DNA from: Blastocystis sp. Blastoise
Taxonomy: Eukaryota; Protista; Bigyra: Opalinata
NCBI GenBank assembly: GCA_039096225.1
Contig: JBBPEB010000029.1
Location: 124,001 to 188,000 of the forward strand
DNA length: 64,000 nucleotides
Reading direction: 5' to 3'
A program made the translations under genes and the position numbers. Under the pieces are notes generated by a model that saw nothing but the letters and a program-made list of their open reading frames with translations, had not been told where the DNA came from and did not search any database. This document shows positions 23,949 to 38,171 of the stretch, in pieces. Numbering within the stretch: position 1 is the stretch's first letter; the number at the start of each line of letters is the position of its first letter.

Positions 23949-24225
23949 TATTCCCCATGGATATTTTTTTATGAGAAATTCCCGTGAATATAACAAGAAA
24001 AAGAGTAGAATCTACCATCACAACACAGAAAAATGATAAGATAACAAATAGTTTCCATGAAGTGATTTCATCCATATTCAGAATGGTTTTTAATATCAAG
24101 TTATTTTAAGGAGTATAAAAAATGAGATAATCGTGGATTTTTTCTAGAGAAAGCTTTTCAGAAAAATTAAGTTTTGTTATAAAGAATTTTATAATTGCGA
24201 TATAAAGCGTATAATACTAATAGGA

Positions 24226-24662
24226 ATGGTAAATATGATTGAATATTGAATATAACATGATATAGTCTAAGGAAGTCATATTAGATTTACAAAAATATAA
24301 AGGTCAAGGTGTCCGAATCAAGTTTATTGGTGGAAGAGAAATTACTGGAGTTCTTAAGGGTTTTGATCAACTTTTGAACATTGTCCTAGAAGATGCCTCA
24401 GAATATTTGAGAAGTATATGTCTGATATTGTTATTTATAGGATATGGATATGTTTTTGATGATACAATTATAATTATGAATGATATAAGTTCAGTGTTTT
24501 CATATTTATTTAGATGCTGAGGATCCTGATAGTATTACTACAGAAACAAGAAAGATAGGAATAGTTGTATGTCGTGGAGTTTCGATTATGTCCATAAATC
24601 CTATTGTTGGTATGAAAGAAATAGAAAATCCTTTTGCTGCTGTGAAAGAAGGAGATATATAA
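24226..24662 (+). CDS. LSM7: U6 snRNA-associated Sm-like protein LSm7 (3 exons; first coding exon is only the ATG)
   Basis: M|SKEVILDLQKYKGQGVRIKFIGGREITGVLKGFDQLLNIVLED..|..RKIGIVVCRGVSIMSINPIVGMKEIENPF. Confidence 0.93.
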
Positions 24663-24887
24663 ACAAATTGTTGCTATACTATAAAGAAATTCATAAATTG
24701 AAAGAATAATTGTTGATGTTTTATTGTTTATTAGTTTTGTTTGATGGCAGAGTAGATATTTAGATTGTTTCTACTCATAGAAGAGAATTCTTTGTTTCTT
24801 GACAAATAGTATTTATTAAACAAAAAACATTTGGAACACAATTGATGATAGACTCTATTTTTTTAATTCTTTATTTCAATTAACAAT

Positions 24888-26337
24888 TTATATATTATTT
24901 TCTTGTTCTTGTAATGATTGTAGATATTCATTGAGATTATTCTGTAAGGATGGGTCTTGTAATTCATACGGGTATTGATAAAACATCTGTTCAGCAATCT
25001 GTGTACCGGGATTCTCTTCTAAAACGACATACAACGGTTCTACTGGCTCTTCTATGATTTCTATATCATTGTTTTCTTCTCCAGAAATATTTACATTCGT
25101 ATTTTTTGGTTTTTTTATGATTTCTATATCCTTGTTTTCTTCTCCAGAAATATTTACATTCGTGTTTTTTGGTTCTTTTATGATTTCTATATCATTGCTT
25201 TCTTCTCCAGAAATATTTACATTCGTATTTTTCATTTCTATAGCCAAATTCTTCGGTTTATTCTGTTCACGTTGATTGATTTCTTCACATTTCTCTTCTA
25301 ATTGTTCCATAGATATTAATAATGGATTCATTTCTTTTGAAAATGGAGAGAAATCCAAAATATATATATTATCTTGTTTATCAACATATACATCAAGAAC
25401 AACTATATATACATAAAATGAGAAGAATATGAATATTGATTGAATACTATTTTATATACATACAATTCTCTAATGAAAAACGATCTACAACAATGGTTTC
25501 TACAAATTTCATTAAAATAGACTGTAAATGATCTTTCGATGATTTTAAGAACGAATAATACGTTGCTGAATCTTTCTGAGTTATAGCAATTAAGAAAGAA
25601 TGATATATAAAGAGTCTGAACTGCATAGAAGGAAACATTGTTGCCCATTGTAGTAATATGAGTTGAGGACAGAGACTCTTAGATATTCCATTTGACTCCT
25701 GTTTACATGAATTACTATAGAAATATTTATCATTATTCTTTTTATTAATAATATAATAATATTTGAACAGGGTACATATAAACAAATAGATCAATAAAAA
25801 AAATATACATCTTTTGATAATCACTTTGAAGGATGCCACTACTTTTTAGAAACATAAATACATCTCCTGGAGTTTCACACTTCAAATTACCGGTCATCCA
25901 TAAACAATCCTAAGAATAATTATTATTATACTTATTATTACATGTAGATTATATAGAAAAAAAATGAAAAAAAATACTTTCGGTGAATTCCAATTAGATT
26001 TTGGAAAGCAACAGCCATCTAATTCATTTATTGAATCATTAATCATAATTTCTAAATCTTCAAAAACAGGAGGTTCGACCTCTTCTTCCTCAGGAATATC
26101 TTCATCATCTGAATCAACTGATTCAACCGTATTTGATTCATATCGCGGATCATAAACAGAGGAACAAATCATTTTAGGTAATAAAACACCATCTGTAAAT
26201 AAGTATTCAATAAAATCATCTGATAATGAGATTGATCGAGACTTAATTGCATACTTTTTGAAATAAGGATACCAACAATCGTGTGAACAAGCAAGTAGAT
26301 CCTCATAAGATGATGTTTCGGGTATTCTAGAAGTCAT
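24888..26337 (-). CDS. CDC123: CDC123/D123 (eIF2 assembly ATP-grasp protein)
   Basis: CSHDCWYPYFK, FIEYLFTDGVLLP, FPKSNWNSPK, LILLQW..MQFRLFI..LIAITQ, IYILDFSPF. Confidence 0.88.
25050..25235 (-). repeat. 63-bp coding tandem repeat x3 in the CDC123 C-terminal exon
   Basis: KNTNVNISGEE(S/N)(N/K)DIEII(K/E)(E/K)P repeated three times. Confidence 0.9.
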
Positions 26338-26471
26338 AATGAAAGAAAACAAATAATAAAGAAATGGAAGAAAAATGTTTTGGTTTTTTGTAAATAATAA
26401 ATAAAAATAATTTCGTTGCTTCTCGAAAAGAATCATTAGATATTTATATAAATTACAATTAAAATATATTT

Positions 26472-28341
26472 ATGGAGCAGCAAGAAACACCAAAGATAAT
26501 AAAACGACAATTAGTCAAAAGAAAGGCAATTCCTGAAAGTCTTCTTAATGATCCTGTTTTAAATGAAGCGATTTCTGGTCTACCTACAAAATATAACTTT
26601 GAGATTCCAAAAACTATATTTAGAATTCGTGAATCAAAGGCAAAAGTAGTTGCATTACAATTTCCTGAGGGTTTAATGGTTTATTCTGGTGGGATTGCTG
26701 ATATCTTACATCATTTTACAAATGCTGAAATGATTATTATGGGAGATGTTACTTATGGTGCATGCTGTGTTGATGATTTGACAGCTAGAAGATTAGGAGC
26801 TGAATTTCTTGTTCATTATGGTCACAGTTGTCTTGTTCCCATCACAACAACTAAATTACCAATGTTATATGTGTTTGTCGAAATTAAGATTGATGTGAAA
26901 CATATTGTGGATACTATAAAATTTAATATAGAGAAGAATCAACGAATAGCTATTTTAGGCACAATTCAATTCACAGCAGCCATCAATGCAGTTGCAAATG
27001 AATTAAAAGATATCTATCCTAATTTTATTATTCCTCAAGTATTTTTATTTTTATTTTTATTTATTTTGATTAATTTTGATTAATTTTGATTAATTTTTAT
27101 TAATTTTTATTTATTTTTATATTTGTTTTTGTTTTTATTTATTTTTATTTATTTTTATTATTAATATTCTTGTAATATAAATGTACTTATGTATATAGCG
27201 TAAGCCATTGTCTAGAGGAGAAGTATTAGGGTGTACTTCACCTCAAATAGAGGATGTTGATATTATTGTATTTATTGCCGATGGAAGATTTCATATTGAA
27301 GTATATATATATATATATATATGCTTAATATATCTTATATCTAATTAAATATTAAATATTAAGTATATTCAGTATAAGTATTATTATATAAATACTATAT
27401 AGAGTTGTATGATATCGAATCCTCATATTAAATGCCTTCGTTACAATCCTTATGAGTATATATATATATTCTTATTTTTATAAATATATTCTTTATTCTT
27501 ATTATCATAGTATTATTAAGTATGTAACATATATATTTTTAAAACACATTTTTTTTTGATATATTACAATCATACAATTAAATTATATATATAGTCAAGA
27601 AATAACTCATGAAGAATATGATTATTCTAAAATGATGTCTATACGTCGTTCCTATATATTAAAAGCTTCAAAAGCAAAGAAATGGGGTATTATCTTAGGC
27701 ACTTTGGGAAGACAGGTATATATATAGATTATTATTATTATTCAATATATATATTATTTTTATTATTAGTTAATATATATATATAATCATTCTTCTTATG
27801 CATACATATACTAATTATTCTTATATATATAATCATTATTCTTATACATAACTCTATATATATATAGGGAAATACAGTAGTGATGAATCAAATAGTAGAA
27901 TTACTAAAGAAGAGAAATAAAGAATATATCATTTTATTATTATCTGAAATCACTCCACAAAAAGTATATTATTATAATTGCTATTACTATTCTATATATA
28001 CAATATTTCTTGTATGTAACCATCTTAAATACTTCTTTTTCTACATTATCAATAAATTTATTATACAATTTACTATCTATTTTTCTCTCTCATATCCTAT
28101 CTATATATATTCTATATCTCTATATATCTTTTAGTTAGCATTATATTCAACTATTGAATCATGGGTACAATTAGCATGCCCTCGTTTATCTATAGATTGG
28201 GGCATGTCTTTTGACACTCCTTTTCTTACTGTATATGAATCCTATGTCGCTTTAGGAGAAGTAGAATGGAAAGAAGAATATCCCATGGACTGGTATGCTA
28301 ATGATGGAGGCATCTGGGGAAATAACTCAAAGAAAGATTAA
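26472..28341 (+). CDS. DPH1: Diphthamide biosynthesis protein 1 (multi-exon)
   Basis: [78 protein letters not shown]; stop at 28339-28341. Confidence 0.95.
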
Positions 28342-29085
28342 TGTAGTTTTCTTATCTTTTTTGTTTTTGTTTCATGAAAAAGTATCATAGCTTTTTTTTA
28401 TCAATTATGTTACATATTCTTTTATTTAAGAAATCAGCAGATAATCTCAAGAATAAGAATCCAGAATATCTCTAAGATTAAAAAACTTTTTTAATTAACC
28501 AAAAATCAGCAAAATCGCGTTTTTCTAACAACCTCTTGCTCATAAACTCTTCAAATTTCCCTTCATATATACCGTTATGCCTAATATTTCTATATATTAT
28601 AGATCTCCATTTTTACCACAAATTTACGAAAAATCTTCATATTAGCCTAACAAATCAGACTTATTTCCTAACGTGAATACGTAAATTCGTTTATCAACCA
28701 CTATTCCTCATACAATCACTTGACTATTTTTTTCTAACACAAAAAGAAATCCTAAACTAAATCCACAAAAGCAAAAGTTTCCATTTTTACAAAAAAAAGA
28801 GAACAAAAACAATTCTTGTCGAAATGAAAATCATGATCATTCCTTTAGATCCAATAATTCTATTAGAAAAATGATGGAAACAATAGTTACTACTGACTAT
28901 TTCCTAGAGCAAATGAATATCATTTTCCCAAGGAAATCCTCATTCTCTCTTCTCTATTTTGGAAAATTCATTTAGGAATGACAGCTTCTTTATTTAAATA
29001 TATACAATCCATTCGTCAGACTTTCCATAAACACCTCTTCTTCTTATAAATATTTCTTAATTTTAGTCATTAATTTATATAAAAA

Positions 29086-30084
29086 ATGTTTAAAAGATTG
29101 TTTGTTTACTTATTTCTAATCATCAGCCTTTTGAATCCCTCAGGTAATACGCTTATATACACATTTTTCTAATTATTTTTCTAGTTAATGCTGAGTGTAC
29201 ATCAGGAGAATATGCAGCAACATTAGCTATGACCTATACATCCTCTGCAAATCAGCAATCATTTGATATTTGGAAGGATGCATACACAACTGGTTCTATT
29301 ATTTTTTCTTTAGAAGGTACAACGGCTGATAATAATAATGTCAGATACTATGATTTATGTTTGTCTTCTTCTAATTATGTGGTTCATATGAAAGACAGGT
29401 ATTTTTTATTTTTTGTAATAATTGTTTTCTAAAGTTGTGTTTTTAGTATGACTTATATATGCTTTTATATAGTGGAGGTAATGGTTGGGGTAATGGAGTG
29501 AGTTTCTCCTATATGACTATATATTATAGAGGTATTATTGTTTTTCGAGGTGGATTTGAATATGTTGCTGGAAACACATATAAAGAAAAATTTGATTCAT
29601 TTAAACGTATATCGATGTGAATTTATGTTTCTTGATTATGAATACTATTAATTTTTAAATATATATATATATTTTAAATAGAAAATAATAAAAATTCAAG
29701 TTATATATATATTTGTATAGCTTCTTTTATTATTCCTTTTGGAAGTATATGGAAATATTCTGATACTATTCAATCCGGTTCAGGTTGGCAATTAACAAAT
29801 TATATAGATTCAAATTGGTCTACTGCGAATAGTAATCTATTTCCAGCTTTTAGTTCAAATATAAGATATTATCGATATACTTTAAATTATGGTGATAAAA
29901 CCCAAGTAGGTACTTATATTATATCTATAAAAACAAATCTTGGTATTATTGTATATATTCAAGGAACAAAATTATATGAATTTAACTTACCCTCGTATGT
30001 TCAATATATTTTATATTTTTATTTTTTATATTTATATTTTTATATTTATATTTTCTTATTATATATATATATTGTATATATTTG

Positions 30085-30125
<41 letters not shown>

Positions 30126-31179
30126 ATATAGTGGTACAATAACATCATCATCAAACGCATTATCTAAAGAACAAACAGATTATTATAGAACGTATGTTAT
30201 TTATATATATATATATATAGAATTATTTCTTAGTATACTATTATTATACATTTATATATATGTATATATAGTATGACAGTTCCTCGATCTTTGATTATGG
30301 ACTCTACAAGTATAACTATATCTATAGAGATTCATCGAGAAGTAAATCCTGCTGATTCCAACGATATATTTGACTGTGGAGCTTCTATTCTATCTGTTAA
30401 TCCAAATGGTATATATATATGAATAAATTTATTTCTTTAATAGAAGTATTCTCATATATATAAAATAATAATAATATTCTTATTATTCACATTATTATCA
30501 TTAATATTCTTATTATTCTCATTATTATCATTACTATATACTTATATAGAGAATTCAAAACAGAGATTAATAGATGGAACAGTATTATCTTCTCCTGAGG
30601 GTTTAAATGCTAATTTTTATGGTTCTAAAATATTTGATGAAAACACACTTAGTTATTATTATACTACTCAAACAGATCATCCAGCTATAATTTATTCTCT
30701 TCCTAATCATAGGTATATAGTTATTATTATTATTATTTTATTTTATTTACAGTATTTAGTATATAATAATAATAATATTATTATTATTATTAGTATTTCT
30801 TTTTATATATTTCACATTCAATCTATAAAGACTTATTAATTGTATTACATATATTTCATGATGATTTTATATAGTTGTGAATGGGTGAATGGTTATAGTA
30901 TAAGTACTGCATTAATCACTACTTATGGTGATCCTACAGGATGGAAGATCTCTGCTGCTAATTATATGGATCCAAACATTAATCCTACTACTTCTTCTTC
31001 TACTACTACTACTACTACTACTACTTGGATTGAACTGGATACTAAAGATTATATAAATTGGGAAGGAAGAAAAGAATATAAATATATGTCATTAAGATCA
31101 AATCAACAATGCTATATGGCCTTCAAATTAGAAATATGTATATTGATATTATATTATTTTAAAATTTATTCTATTTATT

Positions 31180-31214
<35 letters not shown>

Positions 31215-34200
31215 TTTTATTTATTTTATTTATTTTATTAATGATACTATTAAATATATAATATATAGTAGGAAGTACAGTAGCTAATAGAATCTCATTA
31301 TCTACATTTACTCCTTATATATCAAATATAAATGAAATTCCCACGGGTCTTCAATATGAATCATCTACTATCACTGCTTATAAAGATATTACTGCTGTTA
31401 GTATATACCCTATTTCTTCAGGATATACCTCTTATTCTATTACTCCTTCTCTCCCCGCGGGACTGACATTTAGTCCATTTTCCGGATCCATCACAGGAAT
31501 AACATCAACTGATCATTCAGGTAGTTATACTATTACTGCTACTAATATTATTAATCAACAAACATCTACATTTATTCTTAATCTTATTATTACTGGTATA
31601 TTTTCATATATTTTATTTTTTATATTATTATATCTAAATTCTATATAATAATAATAAATGTAATAATAATAATAATAATAATATATATATATATATATAG
31701 TGTGTTCTCCTCCTACAAACATAGCACTTCGTCTTCGTAAAATCAATAAACTACGTGCTTTTGATGAGTCTTATACTATATATAATACAAATAATGAATT
31801 AGTGTATGCTTCAACTTATTTCTTAAATAATATTGATCATACAACATATTTATGTCTTCCAGCTTCTACTTATAAATTTATTGTTTTTGATATTTATGGA
31901 GATGGTTGGGCTGATGGTTCTATGTTATATATAGATTATTCTACAGGTGAAGGTGATTGGTATACTGCTGGTAAAATATATGATTATCAATCTGGTGATC
32001 GAACTTATTATTTTAATATGAATTATCTTATTAGTCCTCAATCTACTTCTTGGACTTATATACAAGGAAATATTCCAGTTAATTGGAATAATATTGCAGA
32101 TCCCTCAGGATTCTCTAGTTTCCCTATTGTATCTCGTCCTACTAGTACTAGTCCAATATGGTTATTTAGACATACATTTAATATGAATACTAAACAAGAT
32201 TATACTTCTTTTGAATTAAGAATAAAAACTAGATCTGGTTATGTTGTTTTTATTAATGGTATTGAAGTATTCTTATATAAGCTTTCTTCTAGTACAATTA
32301 CTCTTAATAGTATTCCTATAAATACGGAAACTACATCTACATATAGAACTATTACTGGTTCTCTTAATTATCTTGAATTATCAACAAATACTATTGCTAT
32401 TGGTATAGTAAACTCTATGAATAATAATCCATCTACTATTGATTTTGATGCTTCTTTTCAATTAATTCGTTCTTATGGACAAATAGGTCGTTCGTGGGAT
32501 ATTACTTCTACTTCTTCTCCTGTTACTGATACACTTATACATTTATTTGATTTATCAACTTCTACAGATGCTTTATTTACTACTATCGGAAAAGGATCAG
32601 CATCTATACTTATCAATTATGGTCTACATCGTGCTGAATTTATTAATAAATATTGTTTTACATCATCATCCTTAATATCTTCGTATGATCCTTCTGATTG
32701 GCAAATCTTTGGTTCTATGGATGGAACACAATTCACTTCATTGGGTAGTGTAACAAACGCTTATTTTTCTTCAAGAAAACAAGAACGATGTTTTTATTTA
32801 CCTAATAATAATCATTCATGGACTATATATAAATTTGAAATAACAGAACCTGCTTCTACTTTAATTTCAAATTATCAATATTCTCTTAGTCAATTATCTT
32901 TAATAACTGTAGATATCTCTTCATTAGTTCCTCCTATATTTAATTTTAATCCTAATACTATACAAGGATATATCAATGTCCCTTTTCCTGATGTTACTCC
33001 TTCTTCTTCTCTTTATGGTAATTATCGTATTACTCCTTCTCTTCCTTCTCCTCTTGAATTAGATACATCTACAGGTTCTATTCGTGGTATACCCACTATT
33101 TCTATGTCTCCTACTATTTATACGATTACTGCTACTTCTCCTCAAGGTATTGATTCTACTACAACACTTACTGTTTCTGTTACTAGTTGTATATCTCCTA
33201 ATATTATGTTTTCTTTACTTATTAAATCAGGTAATGCAGGAGATGAAATGGGATTTACATTAAGAAATAAAGAGAATAGTACTTTATATACTAAGAATGG
33301 ATTTACAAATAATCAAGAGAATTATTATCCATTTTGTGTTCCTTATGGTTTATATACATTAGATTTAACAGATAGTGGACATAATGGATGGGATATAGGA
33401 TATTTCCGTGTTCTATTAGAAGATTCTACTAGTATTCTACAAGGATCTTTAGGTGAAAATGAATCTTCAAAATCATTTCCATTATCTATTGGTTATGTAA
33501 TTACTCCTATACATAGTGAATGGAAATATTATAATAATGGAATACAACCTAGTAATGGATGGACTAATTTATTATTTGATGATTCTCATTGGATGACTGC
33601 TACTCCATTAACATTTGGTTCAACTAATGGAAATACAGTATATTTCCGTCATTTATTTACTTTAGATAATATAAATACATATGCTTCTTTATCATTTAAT
33701 ATTAAGAGTCGTTATGGATTTGTTGTCTATATAAATGGTGAAGAGCAATATCGTAATAATATGCCCGAAGGTATTATTCAATATAATACAGTAATTCCTT
33801 CAATTTTAGAGGAATCTGATTATTATGGTACATCTATACCTATATCTTTTAGTAATATAATTAAAGGTGATAATGTAATAGCTATTGAAGTTCATTATAA
33901 TAAAGATACTAATTATATAGTAAAAGATGTTGAATTTGATGCGAATGTATTATTAGTTGCTGATAATAGTTATCGTATTATAGATGGTATAGGATCAAGT
34001 GATTTATCTACAGATACAACTATTTCAAATGTATTTGATAATATAAAAGGATCTATATATGTATCTCCTTCTCGTTGTGAAGGAACTACAATTATTTGGA
34101 CATATAATAAGAATCGTAAAGAGTATATCTCTTCCTATTCAATAATTACAGGTCCAAATTGTAATAGTCGTCATCCTTCTGGTTGGATAATACAAGGTAG

Positions 34201-35035
34201 TAATGATAATATTAATTGGTCTACATTATCTATTCAATCAGGTCAAAATACTCAATATTCTACAGAATATATTTATGATTTCTATAATAAACAAGTATAT
34301 AATCAATATAGAATGAAAGTAACTGAATGTAATAATAGACCAATACAAAGTGAAAATATGAATTTAGAATTAAATTGTGAAACTATAACGGGTATACAAG
34401 GATTTCAATTAGCTGAATTAGGTTTATATGCTAAACAAATTACATTATCTTGTTCTTCTATAGATGGCTTTGATGGTGCTATTGAAGGACAATATGCATA
34501 TAAGAATTGTCCTACTTATTATGAAGGTAGAATAGAAGCTCTTTGTACTCAAGGAATTCTTGGACAACCTATATCGTACTGTGTTCCTCAAATCCCTCTT
34601 AATATTATTTATCCTCAAAAATCTATAGTTCTTCATATTGGAGAGTCTATTGAATATATACCTATTATTCAAGCTGTTAATTATACTATGAGTATTTCTC
34701 CTTCTCTTCCTACAGGATTAATATTTGATACTATGACAGGAACAATTAGTGGAATATCGAATACTATTTATAATTCTACTATTTATACAATTACATGTAC
34801 AAATAATGCTGGTTCTATATCTACAGAGATATATATACAATGTATTCAAAGAGATAGTTTACCCTTATGGGCATGGATTGTTATTATTCTTCTTTCTCTT
34901 CTTATTATATGTACTATTGTATTTTGTATTTGTATTCGTATGAAATCAAGAAATAAAAAGTCACATATTAATATAGAAAAAACAAAACAAATAAAAAACA
35001 AAGAAAAAGGAAAAAAACAAATAGCTAAAATATAA
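29086..35035 (+). CDS. Large type I membrane surface protein: signal peptide, repeated galactose-binding-like/F5-8C-like and putative-Ig domains, C-terminal TM
   Basis: MFKRLFVYLFLIISLL signal. Repeated D..GDGW, W.Y..W..FR..F, P..W.I.GS.D and ISPSLP.GL.FD..TG.ISG motifs. TM WAWIVIILLSLLIICTIVFCICI followed by a basic tail. Confidence 0.8.
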
Positions 35036-35537
35036 TATGTATATATATATATTTTTTTATCATTATATGTGTATATCATTTCTTTATACTATGAATATAG
35101 TTAATCTTATATGTTTCATGGGGGTTATTATTCTAAATATATATATTTTATTTCATAAAATATTTGTTTTGTTGAAATTTGAATGTTTATAAATAATGAG
35201 AAGAGTAATATTACTGTATATATATTATGATTAGTAAAAACCATTCATAAATAAAAACAATATCATAACAAAACAATAAAATAAGCATAGGATAAAATAA
35301 AACAAAAAAATATATATATGCTTAAAAGGAAGATTGATTTTAGACTATTGCTATGCATAATCATATATATATAAATATATAATTGATTAAGCAAATGATA
35401 ATAAAATAATAATCACCAACATAAAATCTTATTTATAAAAAACAATAACGACAAAGTGAATCAAATGATATAGTTAACTAATAATATAATATATAGATAT
35501 CAAGTATCAAATGATAAAAAGATAATGTTTATATTAT

Positions 35538-37083
35538 TTAAAGAGCAGGAGGAATATAAACACCTTGTTGATTCTGTTGTTGCATGGCATACATACTTTG
35601 TTGGGTAGGTACAGGTTGAGCACTCATAGGTTGACCGGGCATATTTTGAGCGGGCATAGCATAAACAGCAGGTTGACCTTGATAAACAGGTTGATTAGCA
35701 TTATAAACAGGAGCAGAAGGAACATTAGCAGGTACAGCATAACTATATGTATTAAGTTTTCTTCTAGAAATATCAGTCTTCTTAGCATATATCCACATAA
35801 GAACAATGAAAATGATCTATATATTGTGATATTATATTATTATTATATGTTATTAATATATATATATATATATATATATACACCAACAACAAGACAAACT
35901 CCAAAGACAGCAGGAAGATTACCAATAACATTAGTTATATAGTAAATATATTAAAGAGAATTATATAATAAATTTATAAGAATAAATAATGTTAATAATA
36001 TTATTATATATATGTTGAAAAAAAATAAAAATAATAAAAAAAATAGAAAATAATAAAAATAATAAAAATAAAATAAAAATAATAAAATAAAAATAATAAA
36101 ATAAAAATAAACTAAATATATAGAATAATAAGGATATATTAAGACCAGCAGTATAGCAAACAGGAGTAGAAGCAGTAGCAGTATCACAAGCAGTAGAAGC
36201 ATATTTAGTTCCTTTACCAAGTTCATCAGTAGTAGATAAGAAACCACAACATTTTAAAGCAGAAGATATATATATATATAGAGTAATTATTAGGATATAT
36301 TATAAATAATGTTTAAAAAAATAATGAATGAAAATAATACTATAATAATAATAATAATATAAACATAAAGTAATACCAATATAACTTTGAATATATTCAT
36401 CTTCATCAGCAAATTCTTTAATAATAGAATCACGAATTTGAGTAGCAACATTATATACATCAGGATCACTAAGGTTATATATATATTATAATAATAATAT
36501 AATAAACATAATAAAAATAAAAAATAATAAAAATAAAATATAATAAAATATAATAAAAATAAAAAATAATAAAAATAAAAAATAATAAAATAAAATATAA
36601 TATATACATTATAATAAACAAGTGTATTCTTTAAGTTAATGGAAGAACTGAGACTAGCAATGAAACCGATACAATCAAGAATCATAATGACAATGTACTA
36701 TAGAAAAATTTGAATAAAAAAAATATTTATAATATATTATTATTTGAGAAATAGAAATGATAAGCAAAAAAAAACATACGAAAATAGAACAGCAGTTGCA
36801 ACAGCATTGAGCAATACTTTCACAAATGATAGAGAAAAGACACATACCAAAAACAGCATAGAAACCAATGATAGCAAAAATAGCAGGGACAAGACTATCG
36901 AAATTACTAACTTCGACGGCAGCAGTAGAGATTGTGTTGATCATAACGATAATTCCAATGATGCAAATAGCAAGCATAACGCAATGGACGATGATAAGGA
37001 TCTTATACCATTTATTTTTTATACAAATACATAAGAACTTATTGTATCTATGTAAATATACTTTCAGAAGGTTCGGGGTTCAT
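35538..37083 (-). CDS. Multi-exon tetraspanin-like 4-TM protein with Pro/Gln-rich cytoplasmic tail
   Basis: Hydrophobic exons with a CCCNCCS cluster, a Cys-containing loop (..KCCG.., CFYCL), final TM, then a PVYQGQPAVYAMPAQ tail. First-exon junction uncertain. Confidence 0.55.
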
Positions 37084-37801
37084 TTTAATAGTAGGATATA
37101 AAATAAAAAATATTTGAACTTTTATTTCTTGGCATCTTTCCTAACTGTATGAAAAATCCAACTGTTTTTTTTTGTATACGTTTAAAAAAGGCAATTGCTG
37201 CAAGAAAAAAGAAACAAAATATTATTCGTGATTATTGTTGTTAATTTACTAGTAATAAAAGAATTCCCAAATTAAAAAGAATGTGGAAAATGATAAATTG
37301 CTGGCAATTGTGGAAAAACCAATTTGTGGAACGAAGCAGGAAACTAGCCAATAAATTCGTTTAGAAGTGGACTCATTATCAAGCTGAATTTATTAAAACA
37401 CGATTGTTATTTATATTTCTTAATTTTTCTGAAAAATGTTGAAATAAATGTAATTAAAATGGAAATTGTTTCTGTTACTTGTTTAAATCAATATAGATGA
37501 TAGATAATATATGTTGATGATGTTCAAATTAAGATATAGACGTAAATTATAAGTTTTAGTGCGAATTAATGTATAATTATGTATATAATTCGGAATAATG
37601 AAGAGTTATTGATAGCAGAAATATGTGAAACATCTATGATTGATATGCTAAAATAAGAATCATAATAAACAAAAGAATAGCGTTGTTTGTTATCTAAAGA
37701 AAAAGAAAGCAAAAAAAGAATAAAAAAATATTTATATAAATAGATGTATGAATGAATTATATAAATAAACTAAAAGAAATAAAAAGTGGTTTTCATGAAG
37801 T

Positions 37802-38113
37802 TTAAAAATGGATTTCCTTTCCTTCTGCATGAAGAGCAATTGAATAGGTTAAGGTTTCTAAAAAATGAGTTTGAATGACTAATAAAATATATTGTATTAT
37901 AAAAAAAAATAAATAAAAATAATAGAAAAGGATATGATTGACATAATAAATAATTTCAGTATTAATCTTTTTATAAAATGAGCAAGAATTCCAAATTCCA
38001 TGAACTCCCCCGCGAATAAGAGAATGTTTTACAGGAACATTCGCTAACTATATAATAAAAAATAAGTAAACAATTAAAAAGATTAATGAATATATTAGTT
38101 TATAGTTAATGAA

Positions 38114-38171
<58 letters not shown>

